From assembly GCF_036321535.1 (NCBI RefSeq), contig NC_087436.1, forward strand, positions 58,530,001 through 58,594,000: a DNA stretch of 64,000 bases. Reading direction: 5' to 3'. A model generated the notes under the pieces. The model saw only the letters and a list, made by a program, of their open reading frames with translations. It ran no database searches and was not told the origin of the DNA. The translations under genes were made by a program, and so were the position numbers. How positions within the stretch are numbered: the stretch's first letter is position 1; every line of letters starts with the position of its first letter. Shown here in pieces: positions 11,277-25,080 of this stretch. Source of the stretch: Camelus dromedarius. Lineage: Eukaryota.

Positions 11277-11433
11277 AGAGTAAATCCTAAGAGTCCTCTT
11301 CACAAGAGAAATACGGGTGTTAGCTGTGGTAATCATTTTACAATATATGTACATAAAGCCATCATGCTATGCACCTTAAACTTATACAGTGATGTATGTC
11401 AATTATTTCTCAGTAAAAATCAAAAAAAAAAAA
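11277..11433 (+). mobile_element. LINE-1 extreme 3' end (L1MA-type) with poly(A)
   Basis: 'gagtaaatcctaagagtcctcttcacaag...tgtggtaatcattttacaatatatg...caccttaaacttatacagtgatgtatgtcaattatttctc' then A12. Confidence 0.85.
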
Positions 11434-13599
11434 TTAAAGAACCATATACTAATGACCTTTAACAATTCATAGAGATCTTATAAAACATCAAGCTATTTTT
11501 ATTAAACATAAATTATATGGTTTATTTTACAATGTTATAAACTTACTTCTATCTCTTAGATATACACGGGTTTCCATGGAAATCAAAGTGAAAATCAGTC
11601 CAAATTTGAACCAGAGAAAACTGTGTCCCTCATAATAAGGATGCATCTGTTTTTTCTGGTCTTTTTGGTCCTTAATAGGAAGGAGAACTTTCTCAGACAT
11701 CACAATATACTTGAGTAGCTGTACATACCTGCACAACAGGTCACACTGGTTTTGTTTCCTTGTAAGACTTCAGTGGTACATTGAGATTGACCTAGGAGTG
11801 TCCTGTGGCAAGGAATTCACATTATTTTACTTTTTTCAAGCAAGATAATTTAATGGTTTAACTCAAATTACAAGAAAATAACTAATTTAGGAATATATTT
11901 TTGTCAGGGAAGCCCTTAAATTACAAAGGAAATCATGTCCACAAGTAACAAGCTATTTTCCTTATCCTTAGTCAATTTCATTTACTGAGTTTTCAGAAAA
12001 TAAGAACAAATACATTTTGGTGTTGAATGGTGACCTTCAGCATGAATTGAAAACCTTAACTTTATTACTGATGCAAATTATATTTCTGCTTCCAGCCAAG
12101 GGTTGTTTGCAAAGAAGTCAATAGCCACACCCTTTCTAATTTATCATATTTTTCAACAAGGACATGGTTGAAATGAAGTTGACTCTCTCCCACTATCTAT
12201 GCCCAATAGCAGACTCTGTGCTAAGAGTGGTCAAGAATACTGCTTGACTACAGTACAATCAAAGGGTAACCTTTTCTCCTTGCCAGACTGTAATAGGTAG
12301 GTAATTGCAGTCTTTGACATTAGCCATAAATACGATGTGGGAATTTTGAGTTGTAATTTACAGAGTAAAAGCAAAAATCTGTTTGCTTTGTGCTTTAAAA
12401 TCTTTGGCCAAGAGCCCTAAAGGAAGTATCTGTTCATAAATTAAAGTGCTATACATTGGAGCAATGCTTATTACTACTTGGATATACAAAAATGTTTAAT
12501 ATTTTGTAATGTCAAGTAGAGAGCATTCTATTTATACAGCGATTGCCACAATACACAAAAATTTCAGCTCTAGAAGATGTCACATAATCTCAGTGGTACG
12601 GTTGAATAAAACTTAGAGAGTTGCATTAAACACTTCTAAGCTGATGATCATCTTCCTTGGGAATAATACCTACACATTCTATACTAATTTAGCATGAGAA
12701 GGTACTCCCCTTGGAAAATAATCACTGGGTCAAATCTGCTATAATATATTGGAAAAGATGAAATGACTATTAACTTTCAGTTTACACTGTGACCATATCC
12801 CAAATGTAAACAACAGTCAAAAACAAACCATGACAAAGAACCATTCCATAGCTTCCTTGGAATGAAAAAGTGTATATACAACTAGAAATCCTATGTAAAG
12901 CACTTAAAGAAGAGACTAGCCCTTAATTTGAGTTTAATATAATTGGATTTAAAATTTTAATATATCAACATGAAAAACAAAAGCAACTTCAAAAATATCC
13001 TGTAAGAAGTGTGTGTCACAGATAAGGAAGGAAATAAAAGTTTAGGTTTTATGTGTTTCTTGGAGGAAAAAAAAGTATGTTATCACTAATATTCATATTT
13101 AATCTATAGTTTTATAGGAAGTAGCTGTATGATCATCTGAATGAGCATCTGACCTCGTAGTGAAAATATATCTGATGGTATATGAAATCATTCCTTATTT
13201 CAAATTTCTTGGACTTTTTTGGTTTAAAAAGATGACAGTTATACATGATTAAATGTTTTAGTTTAAAAACATTTTTTCACTACCCTGTTAATAATATTAA
13301 GTGATTTGGCTTGACAGATACTTAACATACTACTCTCCTTGAGTGAGTTCAGTAGGAAATTCCACAAGATCAACTCTACCCTACCTCCATAACTAGAAAG
13401 TAGAGATGAATATAAGAAGTATGCTTGTATGCATAAATACTTGTTTGTAATTATCTGGGTAAACTAGCGTAGGCCTTAAGACTTACCTCATGTAATTTTA
13501 ACTAAAATATTTAGGAAATATTATTTTAACACAAACTTGAAAACTGGTGAAAGTTTTTTGAAAGTCTCAGTATAGAATGAGATATGTAGAGAACATTCA

Positions 13600-14000
13600 C
13601 TAAAATATTACTTTTACAAAGCTATGCATACAGAAATTCCGGTAAAGCTGTGAAAACTATTTATATTAGAATAAATTAGAAATGACCAAATGTACATCCA
13701 GAAGACAATGAGTTAATTGTTCATGATTTATTTGTAAAAAAAATTTATACTCCACTGCAATGAAAGTACATAAACCAGACTTATGTATATAACAATTGCA
13801 AACATCAAAAAAAGTTAAATGACAAAAGAAAGTTATATAAATTCATATGTACCCTATATAATTTATATAAAAATTTTAAATGCAAAACAATAGGTAGATA
13901 TTTATGATAAACACATATGCAGCAAGATAGCCAGATATTATGAGTAAGGAAGGAAAATGGATACGGGTGGTATGTATACTGAGCTTCAAAAGTTTCTTTC
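13600..14000 (+). mobile_element. Ancient L1M (L1MC/ME-like) 3' fragment
   Basis: Degenerate L1 3' motifs ('aaattagaaatgaccaaatgtacatc', 'ctgcaatgaaa', 'aaattttaaatgcaaaacaata'). Confidence 0.45.
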
Positions 14001-14780
14001 ATGCAACACTCTTTTCTAAAAAGATGCAATTATTAAAGTGCTAATAACTGAAAAAAAGGCTGACTGATATGCACTATTATTCCTAGATTATTTTCTATTC
14101 TTACATCAAATGTTTAAAAAAACAATTAAATTTACTAAATTCAGAAAAAAAATTTCAGAAAAATTATTTTAAATTTAGAGTTCAGAATTTCAAATGAGCC
14201 CTGCTTATTCTAGGAATTTGAAAACTTAATATAACTCTATTTCCACTAAATGTCTGAATAAGACAAGAGAATGTAAATATAGCATCAGTAAATGTAAAAA
14301 TTATTTTGGAATTAAACTTAATAACTTATGAATGATCATAAATTACAATCATAGAGTTATCTAACCTGGAAGTCAATTCTTCTTTATTACAGATGAATTA
14401 CGTCACTAATTCTCAAATTTTACCACTTAAATCTTACGGAACTTTTAAACCAATATCTGGGCCTGTCTCCATGGTGTTCAGGAAGAGGAAAAGTAAGGAG
14501 AGGCTGCATAGTCTTTTCTGAGAATTGTAACACAGTTCAGGGAATCGTCTGTAAATAAGACTACTGAGTACTTAACTGGCCTACATATTCACACCACTGT
14601 ATTTTGCTTCTGGAAAAATACCTACTCACTCTATAATTTTGATCGTACTGTATTTGCCTTTTTAGTATCTACATCATTATATCATATCACATATTAAACT
14701 GAATGATTTTCTGGCTTGGGGCAAATTTTTTAGTTCAAAATATTATAACATGGTCAGTACCCTACAGACTTTAAAGCACT

Positions 14781-14823
14781 CAGATTAGTCAGATTTCTCC
14801 AGAGAAACAGAGCCAAGAGGATG

Positions 14824-14889
<66 letters not shown>

Positions 14890-15250
14890 ATACGGAGAGA
14901 GACTTATTTAAGAAACTGGCTCACTCATTTGTGGAAGCTTAACAAGTCCAAAATCTGCTGGGTATGCTAGCAGGCTGGAAACAAAAGTAAAACTTGCAAT
15001 TTGAGTCCAAAGGTATCTGCTAGCAGAATTTCCTCTTCTTCTTTGTAAGTCAATCTTTCCCTATGAAGCCCTTCAACTGACTGAATGAGGCCCACCCACA
15101 TTTATTGAGGCTAATTTGATTTACCCCCAAATTTACTGATTTAAATGTTAATCTCACCCAAAGATGCATCCCCAGAAACATTTATAATGTTTGATCAAAT
15201 ACCTGAGTCTTATAACCTCATTACATTGACACATAAAATTAACCATCACA
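14781..15250 (-). mobile_element. MLT2-family (ERVL) solo LTR
   Basis: 'attagtcagatttctccagagaaacagagccaa', 'ccttcaactgactgaatgaggcccacccaca', and end 'ttgacacataaaattaaccatcaca' (reverse complement of the MLT2 5' end TGTGATGGTTAATTTTATGTGTCAA). Confidence 0.92.
14827..14887. repeat. (CA)~30 microsatellite inside the MLT2 LTR
   Basis: Perfect AC run seen directly. Confidence 0.98.
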
Positions 15251-15929
15251 GGCAAATATACATTTCAATTACCACAGAATAAAATCTGTGGTAGGCAAAG
15301 TGTGTGAAGTCACATATTTGGTAGAATAAAGCTCAAAGCTTATAGAAAAAAAGAATAGAATGGCAAAAAGACCAATTGCAATGGGTAACCAACAGAAACC
15401 TAAGATTCTGGAAAGCAGAAAAATGGCCGTTTATATTTCTTTTTTCATACAAGAGTACTTTTTCACTTTGAGGTTGTTCAAGTAAAGGCAGATTGCGAGC
15501 AGTGTTTAGCGTGTTTAAACATTACCATTTGACACTACTAAGTTATTCTAATCTACAGTACATTCAAGAGCATTCATGTGTTCATGGATATGGCACTTGG
15601 ATACTGACATACACATTTATGTAGTGAATTAGTTATAGCAATTATATCCATTTCCATTTTTATGCTTCCATCATCACAATCTCTGTGCTTCGTACAACCT
15701 ATGGGCTTTAAGTTATGTGGTTTAAGGCTCTTTTTGTAAAGGCTTTTTGCATTACAATCAGTAACATATAAATAAGTGAGGATGTTTTTTAAATAAAATG
15801 TTTTCAAACATAACATTTCTTCAGGCATTTGCTTTAAAATCAATAGTCTTGAAATTAAAAGTGCTTCAGTTCCAAAACAGAACGTGCTATCACTGGAATT
15901 AAAACAAACTTGCAGCAGTCTGCTATCAT

Positions 15930-16175
15930 GGCCTCTTCACGTGCCAGGTGCACGAAGCACATGAAGCATGTTGTTCCAGCACATGAGTCATTTTATCCAC
16001 GCTTCTGGCACAACACTCACCACATGGATTTTCTTCTCCCTTAGGTATTTGCGTATTTGTCTTCCCCACCAGGTTTTGAACTCTGTGGCCCCTGAATTTC
16101 CATAACAGACACAGACAGTGACATGTAGTGAACTTCTCATACAAATAAATTTTTGATGAGTGAATAAAATGAACA
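15930..16175 (+). mobile_element. L2 3' fragment
   Basis: Pyrimidine-rich L2-like text ending 'aaataaatttttgatgagtgaataaaatgaac'. Confidence 0.5.
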
Positions 16176-16479
16176 AACTGATAATTATATTTACCTGCCA
16201 CTATCCATGCTACCTAGAGAGGTAAAAATTAAGATTATTGATGTATGAAATCCATGAATGATTCAATCCAGAGAACTATTTTTATGTTGCTTTGGTTTCT
16301 GCCACAAAACATATTATAAAGGGCATTATAATATATAATGAAAATAGAAGACAAGAACCAATACTAAAACTGCTGGTGCCTGGCACACTAGGCCTCTCCT
16401 TCTTGGCAAGTAGTTCCTAAAGGGACTCTGTGAGCCACAGAGACTCCTCAGAGCAGGTCAAAAAATTATGATTAAAGAC

Positions 16480-16600
16480 TAATCCTCAAATTTTGCAAAT
16501 AAGATTTTGGAGGTAGAAAGCATTTAGTTGGATTGACCAAGATCACAGATTTAATTCAGTGGCTGACCCAAGACTAGAACTTGAGTCATTCAATTCAGCT
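16480..16600 (-). mobile_element. MIR fragment
   Basis: 'attttgcaaataag...gaccaagatcacag...ttcagtggctgacccaagactagaac'. Confidence 0.55.
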
Positions 16601-17379
16601 TTATCGGAATGTCACTATTCTAGCATAGAGACTATCAGTTTTGCAAAACTTTGCTTCCCTAAGTGTTTATTCTGGAAATAAAATGAAAAAAATTAAAGGC
16701 AGAGCATTTCATTTCCATGCTAAAAAGAAAAGACATGACCATTTTTTAGCCAGAACTTTTTGGCATACATAGCTCAAATACACAAATTGTGCTGAAAGAA
16801 AAGTCATTCAGGCTTTTCTACTGCACAGTTCATGACTTATTTCATCACTTCCCTTTCTGTCTTCACTTCGTACTGAAAAATAGCTTAATTTATTCTAGGT
16901 GCTGAAATTATTTGCAAAAAACAATATTACAAGGCAGAAATTATTATTTCTCATTTCATAGCAATGGAAATTTGCAGTAGAGACATTTCTTTAAGAGGAA
17001 GGGGCAAGAGTTTAACATAAACTCCTTTATACAGACTGATAAAGGCTCATCACAAATAAGTTTTGAAGTTAATTTCTTTTATGTTTTCTGCTTATGCTCT
17101 TATGTCTTTTCTCTTGAAAGCAAATGCCACAGTTCTCAAAAAACTCAGCTAAAGTTTCATATCAGTCTTGAATTCACAAACTACACACATACTGTTCCTA
17201 ACAAAGCCGATCCTTAACAAAAGCCTGTGGAAAAAAAATTTAATGAATGAATAAGCAAATTAATACTAATGAAACACTCCTTCTTCATATCAACTAAATA
17301 CTCAACCTGATTTGTGTATATAGATGAAGTCTGCATTATCCTGATGCATATGGAAGCAATACATTTTTACACTTTGTAT

Positions 17380-18010
17380 ATTTATTCATTAATTCTATGC
17401 ATATTTACTATACAAGGCATTGAGCTAAATGCCTCAGACATAATCTTCTCCTTCAAGTTCCTTATAATCTAGCAGACAGACAGAAATAATGCAATAGAAA
17501 ATGTGATAGGTGCTATAAGAGAAGTATAACTAATGTATCATAAAGAATTCTCTGATGAGAAAAAGACAATCACTTCCCTTGAGGATAAGCAAAGAACTCA
17601 TGGAGTTCAAGTCACTTGAACTTGGCTTTAAAGAATAGTCTGAAATAGGGGTGGTAAAGGAAAGTAAACAGAGGGAAAATAAAACAACAGAGCAGGAAAA
17701 ACAATGTGATCAAAAGCCTGAAGGTAAGAAAACATGGAATATATACAGACAGTAGTGGGAGGTTCACGTCAGTTAAGAGAGTGTGGAAAATAAGCCTAGA
17801 AAAATAGGTTGAAGACAGGAAGATGTATTAATACCTAACATATAAGATAGAAGAGAATTATTAAAGGATTTTAGGTACAAATCTTGCTTAACATAACTGT
17901 GATTTAAAAAGAATAACTAATGAGTGTCTAATTTAGGTAACAGTGAGATAAAAGAAATTGAATGACTAGTTAAGGGTTAGCATAACAAGCCAGGGTAGAG
18001 GTAGTGAGGA
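17380..18010 (-). mobile_element. L2 fragment
   Basis: Antisense L2 3' end 'ttattcattaattc...aggcattgagctaaatg...cttataatctagc' followed by purine-rich antisense L2 body. Confidence 0.7.
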
Positions 18011-19044
18011 AAGGAAACTGAATCTGTATTAAATGTATGTTATTTTACATATTGCTACAATTTACAAATTGTTTGTTATTCCACGTGTAAGTTATAAATG
18101 TTAGAACATGACAGAGATCCCAAAAGTGACACACAAACTAGATACTTTTCTTTAGAGCCACACTTCACACATACCTTTCCTTTTTCATTAATGTAAGGTG
18201 ATTTTTGGAGATCTCTGTCTGACTTTTTCCTCTGAGTTGCATTCTCCTGTGGAGAATTCTCCTAGTGTATTCAGTGGGCACCAATATTGTCAGTTTTGAA
18301 TTTAGTGGAAAGAAAAGATTTCATAATCAAACCCTACCATTCTCCCACTTATTAGGTCTCATTTTTAAAGTAGATTTCAAGCTGATATATACAATTTCTC
18401 AAGATTTTTCAGTGTAGAACTGGATGTTAATGCCAAACTTGTTATGGTAGCACCTTTTCCCATTCTTAAAGAGCCACAAAATCCTAAAGGTATTATGGAA
18501 GAAAACGTGCTTCTCAATACACACCATATAACATTTCATATAAGCCTCTAACGTGAGTTTATTTCAGATTATTTATAATTTTTCCCTGCTCATTTCCAAA
18601 AATGCTAGAGGGATAATTTTTTTTTCTGGGAGAGCTGCCAAAAAAGTTCATTTTATTGCTTCCGTTGAGAAACACCTTTAGCACTTTAGAAAGAAAACTT
18701 TTCATTGCAATATAATCTAGGAACTTGGAAAGATGGGAAAAAGTTCTAAATTTCTGATGTATCATCCACGAACTGATGTAACTCATTTCCAAGTCAATAA
18801 GATAAGTGAACTATGCAAAGGATACAATTTTTATAAAATTGCTCACTAAGAATTTTTTAATGTATGAGGTGGCAGCAATTTGTTGTTAAAAAGAAAAAAA
18901 TATATATCTTATGTATCATATATAAGAGCATATAATTTACTATTACATTCTGGTATCAGAAAGTGACCTAAAGGTTATTAAGGCCCCCAAGTATAACAAA
19001 ATCACGTGAAGTTTACTCTTAATTAGTTACACACATTCAGAGAC

Positions 19045-19525
19045 GCCCTACCCCTTTCTCCAGCCTCATTTCTCGTCGTTAGTGCTAGCTATCGAAGCCC
19101 CAGTCACAACGGTCTTCCTCTTTTCCTCAAGGATGTTCTTACATTTTTCTATTCCTTCTCACTGAAACACTCTTCCTGCACTGCTTCTCCTGCTGTTGAC
19201 TTCTCATTCTCCAGATTTCTGCTTCAACACCACGCCCCCAAGAACACCTCCTCTGGTCCAAGAGTAGGTCTAGTTTCTGAATTATAAGCTTTCCTGACAT
19301 CCTGTATTTTTCTTTCCTACGTACTTCCCAGCTGCAATTAAATTCAATTCTGTGTGTAGACTGCTTGCAGAATATGAGTACTAGAAAATAAACTTTTTTG
19401 GTTAATACAATACTGGAATACAAGTTTCACAAAGGCAGGAAAATGTTTCTATTGTTTACCTAGAACTAGTAGATAAGAAGTATTTTGCCTGTAAAACTCA
19501 TGAATCCTTGTTGAATAAATGAATT
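19045..19525 (+). mobile_element. L2 3' fragment
   Basis: 'tctccagcctcatttctc...' through to 'ttgttgaataaatgaat', the typical L2 terminus. Confidence 0.65.
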
Positions 19526-21020
19526 AAAATATTACTCCAAATTTTTAAAATGAGGTATGATTTTTTTTCCTTCACAAAAATTCCAGTGCCCTTCAAAGAA
19601 ATGAGCTCTTTCAGGCTTTTTCTACTTGTTTTACTGACTATAACAAAGAAATAATTTCCTTCAAAGTTGTTTCAATTAATAGATATTTAAGGTAGTACCA
19701 TAAAAAGCAGCAATAATTTTCATTCCTTAATCATGAAGTTGTAAAATATTGATGGCTAGAAGCATAGTGGAATCTAAACCATTTAGGAAAAAATATATTA
19801 AATGACATTTAAAAGTCAACATTTTAGAAAGGATTTACTTTGTAACACCATCATGCTGTGTTTTGTGAGGTTTTATGTAACCCACAAAAAATGTGAATAA
19901 CTGAAAAGTGATCCAGAGACACTGTAGAAGTGCAGATTCGATGTGAATGTTCCCCATGCTATATGAAACTATGGCATCTGTGTATATAAAAGACTCATGT
20001 AACTTTTTCTTAGGGATAAACATAATAGACTTTTAGCTATGCTTATGCTTCTCTTTACTAATAAAACTATATTTCTATGGAGAATCACTAGTTAGGTTCT
20101 CAAAGTTTGAAAAAATTCATATCAAGAAACATACAAGGTACTGACCAAATTTATTGCTGTGCCTAATGCCCACTTCCACCTGCTCCTCTCTATATCAAGT
20201 AATAAGTAACAGTTAGGAAGTCAGGTGACCAATAAGTGGAAAAAAGACACAAACTATTTTTGTTGTTGTTTTAATGTACAAAAAAATATTTTTATGACTT
20301 GTCTAAGTCACTCTAATTTTACTACTACTACTAAAGAATACATAATTTGCCATCCGCTATATTCCTCAAAGTCACACCATTTATATGCTTGTGTACCATT
20401 GTGATATTAGTACTGCTTTTCTTAAACACTTGGATGTATTTCTGAGAAACCTAATTATGTTTTGGTTGTGGCCAAAGTGTGCATCCTGTAGCTTAATGCA
20501 TACATATTGGCAATTATATTCAGTTCTGTAATATTGTCTTTGGCTCATAATCATTATTTTGATTTCATTAAGCAAGAAACAGTCAGTGGTCTTAATTTTT
20601 GCAAGGGCAGTATAATTTAGCTTTGCAAAGTTATGGAGTATTAAAAAAGGCTCCTATACATATCTTAAATATTTTCTTCTTATAAAAGATGAATTAAAAT
20701 TTGAGAAGAACATTAAACTATAAGCTGTAACATTTCATTTCTGGGTGCTAAAAGTCATTCACAAAGACTAGGTAATTGTCTCCAACAATGAACTCAGCTG
20801 GCCGTTACTGTGTCTTTATATCCTTTGATATAGGAGATAATGCTGTATGAAAATCTTAACACATTAGTAAAAAAAGATGTACTAATAAAATGTATTCATT
20901 AAATATTAATACTCAAAATATTCATTAATAATTCATTTTGAGGAAATACATGTACATTTTAAAAATATTTGTAGACACACATACATATATACATATATGT
21001 ATGTTTATATGTATGTATTT

Positions 21021-21488
21021 TGTGGTATCCATGAAAATGCACCTCCAAAATTTCCTGCCATTGGGACCATGTGACCAACAGCCCCACTGCAGGGTTCTAG
21101 AACCCACCGCTGTATTTTTGCTGAGGCCATGATACCCATGGACTAGTCTCACCTAATGACTGAACAGGGCAGGATTACTAAGGCAGGCCCTTTCCTGAAA
21201 AATGCAAAACCCCTTGTGACAGGCAACTTTGGTACAAGGACTCCCCAATGATCTGGCTAAAATTTTCTATGAACTCTACTGCATCCAAAATTCTGCCAAT
21301 CGAACCCTTCTCCCCTTCTCTTTCCTTCCCTTCTTCCTTCCCAGGGATCATACCTGCATCACGGTCTGATAGTTCTCCCCACCTCCTCTGGATTATTTCC
21401 CTTCTTCCTTTACAGGCATTTCCCCAATAAATCTCTTCATAACTAGTTTGAACATGAAATTTGCTTTTCAGAGGATAATATCTAACAT
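21021..21488 (+). mobile_element. LTR16C-like (ERVL) solo LTR
   Basis: TGTGG start; 'aatgactgaacagggcaggattactaaggcaggcc', 'aggactcccc', 'acctgcatcacggtctga', 'acaggcattttccccaataaatctctt'. Explains ORFs 21178-21660 and 21248-21430. Confidence 0.88.
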
Positions 21489-23429
21489 ATACGCATACAA
21501 ATACATATACCACATATTCACAAGTAGACAGACAAATATATAGATAAAGAGATGAACAGATATATATATACAGCTCTGAAAACTGCTTATAAATGGGTAG
21601 GTAGTAACTTGCAAAACATGACATGATTAAGTACTTCCTCTCTATGTGTTTTTCACACATTCGTGTTAATGTGTATTATTCTTAATTTTATATTTTAAAA
21701 TCACACAGAATGCTTCATTAAAACTTGCAATAACAACCTGGAGAAACAAAGGTTAATTTACTCTTATTAAATTTGCTAACCAAAGCATGTTCATAAGGCA
21801 ATGTTGATACTGTTAACAAAGAATATTTCCAGATGTGCTACAAAGGACAGTTATGTGACACAACCATTATTATTTCTATTAAAACTTTCACTTTCAGGGT
21901 ATCTACATTTGGTAGCCAAGGATATAAAAGCAGCTTTCTACTATTATAAGTTCCATGAGAGAAGACTGTAGCTGTCTTTTGTACTACAAAGTCCTTATGG
22001 CAGATAACAGTTATGAATAGATAATGAACTGAATGAATGAATACAAAGAAACTCAATCATGACTAGTAGAAGTCTCACATTCACAGAACAACATGGCTAC
22101 AAAAGTGAGAAAGCAGAATACAAGATAACTTAATCCTGGCTTTGCCTTAGTACTTCATCTGTGGTTATACTAAAATCCAAACACCTCTATCTCATCTTTC
22201 TAGGCCCTTCCAAGGCCTAATTTTTCAATACTTAAAAATAAATACTTCAGCTATTTTTAAATTTGAGACAAATGGAATTATTCTGAAAATATATTCCTCC
22301 ATATCCTAGTTTCCATGAATTAACTGTCTTTTTTCAACCTGGAATGCTCCAGATTGCCAATTAAGTCATAATTTAAGCCTGAGACCAAAGTTGAGCTCCT
22401 ATATAAAATGGTCATTCATGCATTTGCTGAAATGGATTTCCTCTTCTCATAACATGGGCAAGATTTGCCTCCACTTTTACTATACATTTATCAAATTTTA
22501 TATTTTAACATAATTTATTATTTCTACCCTGAGTACATCATAAAAACTCAGGAAGTGACTGCACCTTATTGTAACTCTACTACATGCATATGTCTATATG
22601 TTGTAAATGATTTATATACTTTACAAAACTGCAAATGCCTACTGGCCAAATAATTTATTTCATTCGATTTTATCTTTCAAAATATTGGCTCCTACTTTTT
22701 CTGCCTTCAAACCTCTAGATGAATCCCTCCTAAATCCAGAGTGAACATAGACAAGTTTTGATAACATAATGAATATCATTAATACTCAGAAGAATCTACT
22801 TTCATGACACACCCAGAATTCATCAGTCTGACTCAAATACTTATTCTCCAATTACCTGGAGGTGCTGTGATCTGGACCACTATCCATTCTTTCTTTGTCA
22901 GCTCCAAAGTCATGTCAGTCTCTCCAGTTCAAGTCTCTCTAATTCCCAGAAACCAGAATTATAACTTCAGACTTCTTTGAGCTGAACCTATATGAATTAT
23001 GATACCTGGCAACTACAAAAGTGCACTGTATACATGGTGCTGAACATATGCTTGATAAAATGTTTTTTTATGTGTGGACTGAACAGAAAGGAATTCTTCA
23101 TTTGAATTACACTACAAATCTGGTTACACTAACAAACTTAAATAATTTTACTTTTCACTTTCAATTTTATAGAATCTTTTTCCCCCATAAAAACCTGATT
23201 AACAGATCAAAATAAAGAAAATAAATATTTATAGGAAATTCTTCTGAAAAATACCATTAACAAAATATTAAAAAGTAATGAAACTACCTAGAGAAAAATC
23301 AAGTAAGCAAAAATGGTCTCACTGAGCTAAAACTCTGCCGTCAAAGCCTATCTCAGGACAATCACAGTTTAAAATAAAACACAAAAGTAAAACTGAAAAA
23401 ACAGAGAATAGACCACAACCAAAGAACAG

Positions 23430-23551
23430 AACACAACTCAATGAGCAGTGAAAATCAATGAAGTAAAACTGGCCTGTCCCTGAAAATGAACGAGGTGAAA
23501 ATGGACCATTTTTTTGCCTTCATTGATTTTCACTGCTCATTGAGTTGTGTT
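23430..23551. repeat. Perfect 34-bp inverted repeat with 54-nt spacer
   Basis: aacacaactcaatgagcagtgaaaatcaatgaag (23430-23463) is the exact reverse complement of 23518-23551. Confidence 0.97.
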
Positions 23552-23788
23552 TGTTCTTTCCAGGGCATATCATTTTCTTTCTATTTCTTTTTCAACTCCT
23601 AAGCAAGCCTTTTTGCAGTCCTAAAGGTATTGTGAGGAAATGCTTAATGACTTCTCACATTTTATTGTAGGAAATCTAACCATTCATTCTACAATTATAG
23701 ATTCTGCACATGTCACGCACCAACATAGGCGAAGTAGAAAGTCAAAGTATAAGACATCAATAGAATATAACTTTATCCTTGATGAAGT

Positions 23789-23811
23789 TGTGTGTGTGTG
23801 TGTGTGTGTGT
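23789..23811. repeat. (TG)11 microsatellite
   Basis: Seen directly. Confidence 0.95.
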
Positions 23812-24299
23812 ATAATAACTCTAAAATTACTTCCTCTTTCAATATGAGAACTTAACTTTTGCTTCTAAGAAATAGTGACCAAACTTAGCAAAGCTGAAAA
23901 CAAAGCTGAAATTATTTTTCTTATGTGACATATTTGATACCCAATGATGGAAGATTAAAAACTCTGAATCAAGATGAATTATGTTTTACATGCTCATACT
24001 GTGAGCCAAGATCCTAATTTTCCTTTAATCTAATTGCTTTCTTGAGACTCAAAGCCAGCTTTGATCCAAATGCTTTGATAAAGGTGCTTTCCCACAAGGA
24101 AACAGCTTTTCTCACTGACTAAATTACATCCACTAACCTTTGGCGCTCTGAAGCTGTGACTCATAAAATTAAATATAATGGTAGAAAAGAGTTAATGAAA
24201 AATTTATAGATTTCTGACTTCTCTGATATAGCAATGAATTTATGTTAAGTTACATATTCCAGCAAAAAAATACAGAAAGATGAGATCATACTATAAGTA

Positions 24300-25080
24300 A
24301 AATCTTAAGTACAATAGATCAGTGAAAATAATAATAAATAGGAACAATATTTTTGCAGTTATGACAGATAAAAGGTTGTTATTTTATAAAGAGTCTATAT
24401 ATGATCAGAAAAATACTAAAATTCCAATTGTAAAAACCAGAAGAGCATATGCAAAGAAATTTTGCACAAGACAAATACAAATGGATTTTCCACATATGAA
24501 AAAAGTTTTCAACACTAATCTCCTCTAGTCCAATAATTTATATTTTACAAAAATCTGAAAAACAATGAAGTATCATATTCCACATCATTAAACAATGAGC
24601 ATCAAATACTAGTAAGTTTGGGAACTAGGTGTTTGTCTCTCTTTCTAGCAGTACTATAAATTAAATAAAGCAATTCTGCATTATAAAACAAGAAACTTAA
24701 AATTGTCTAGCCTCTTCAACCTAATAGTCCAACTTCTGGTTATCTTTCCTAAGGAAATATTCTAACATATGGCATAATACCCTAGAGATATAGATCTCTA
24801 AAACAGTCCTATACATAATAGCAAAATCAGAGAGGAAGCTATATATAATAGAGAATTGTGAGAAGAATAACTAACTAAATCATGTGAACTATTAAAATGT
24901 TGCACAACAACTTACAATTATGTTTTTAAGTAATAATGTGGAAAATGTTTATGATAAAATCTCAATTGATAGAAAGGGACTACTACCTGAGCATTATGAC
25001 TGCAATAATCTTTGCAAATAAACATTATAGAAGAAATGGAAGCCCAGAATTTTGGCAATGGTTGAGCTTAAATGAGATTG
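24300..25080 (+). mobile_element. Ancient L1M (L1ME-like) fragment
   Basis: A-rich degenerate ORF2-end/3' UTR text ('gacagataaaaggttg', 'aaatacaaatgg...catatgaaaaaag', 'aacctaatagtccaacttctggttatctttcctaagg'). Confidence 0.55.

Noticed and set aside
5909..11447. aaaagacaatat / aaagaaccatat as a TSD for the ERV retrocopy
   Set aside because: Only about 9/12 identity in A-rich sequence, and separated from the left junction by the A-run.
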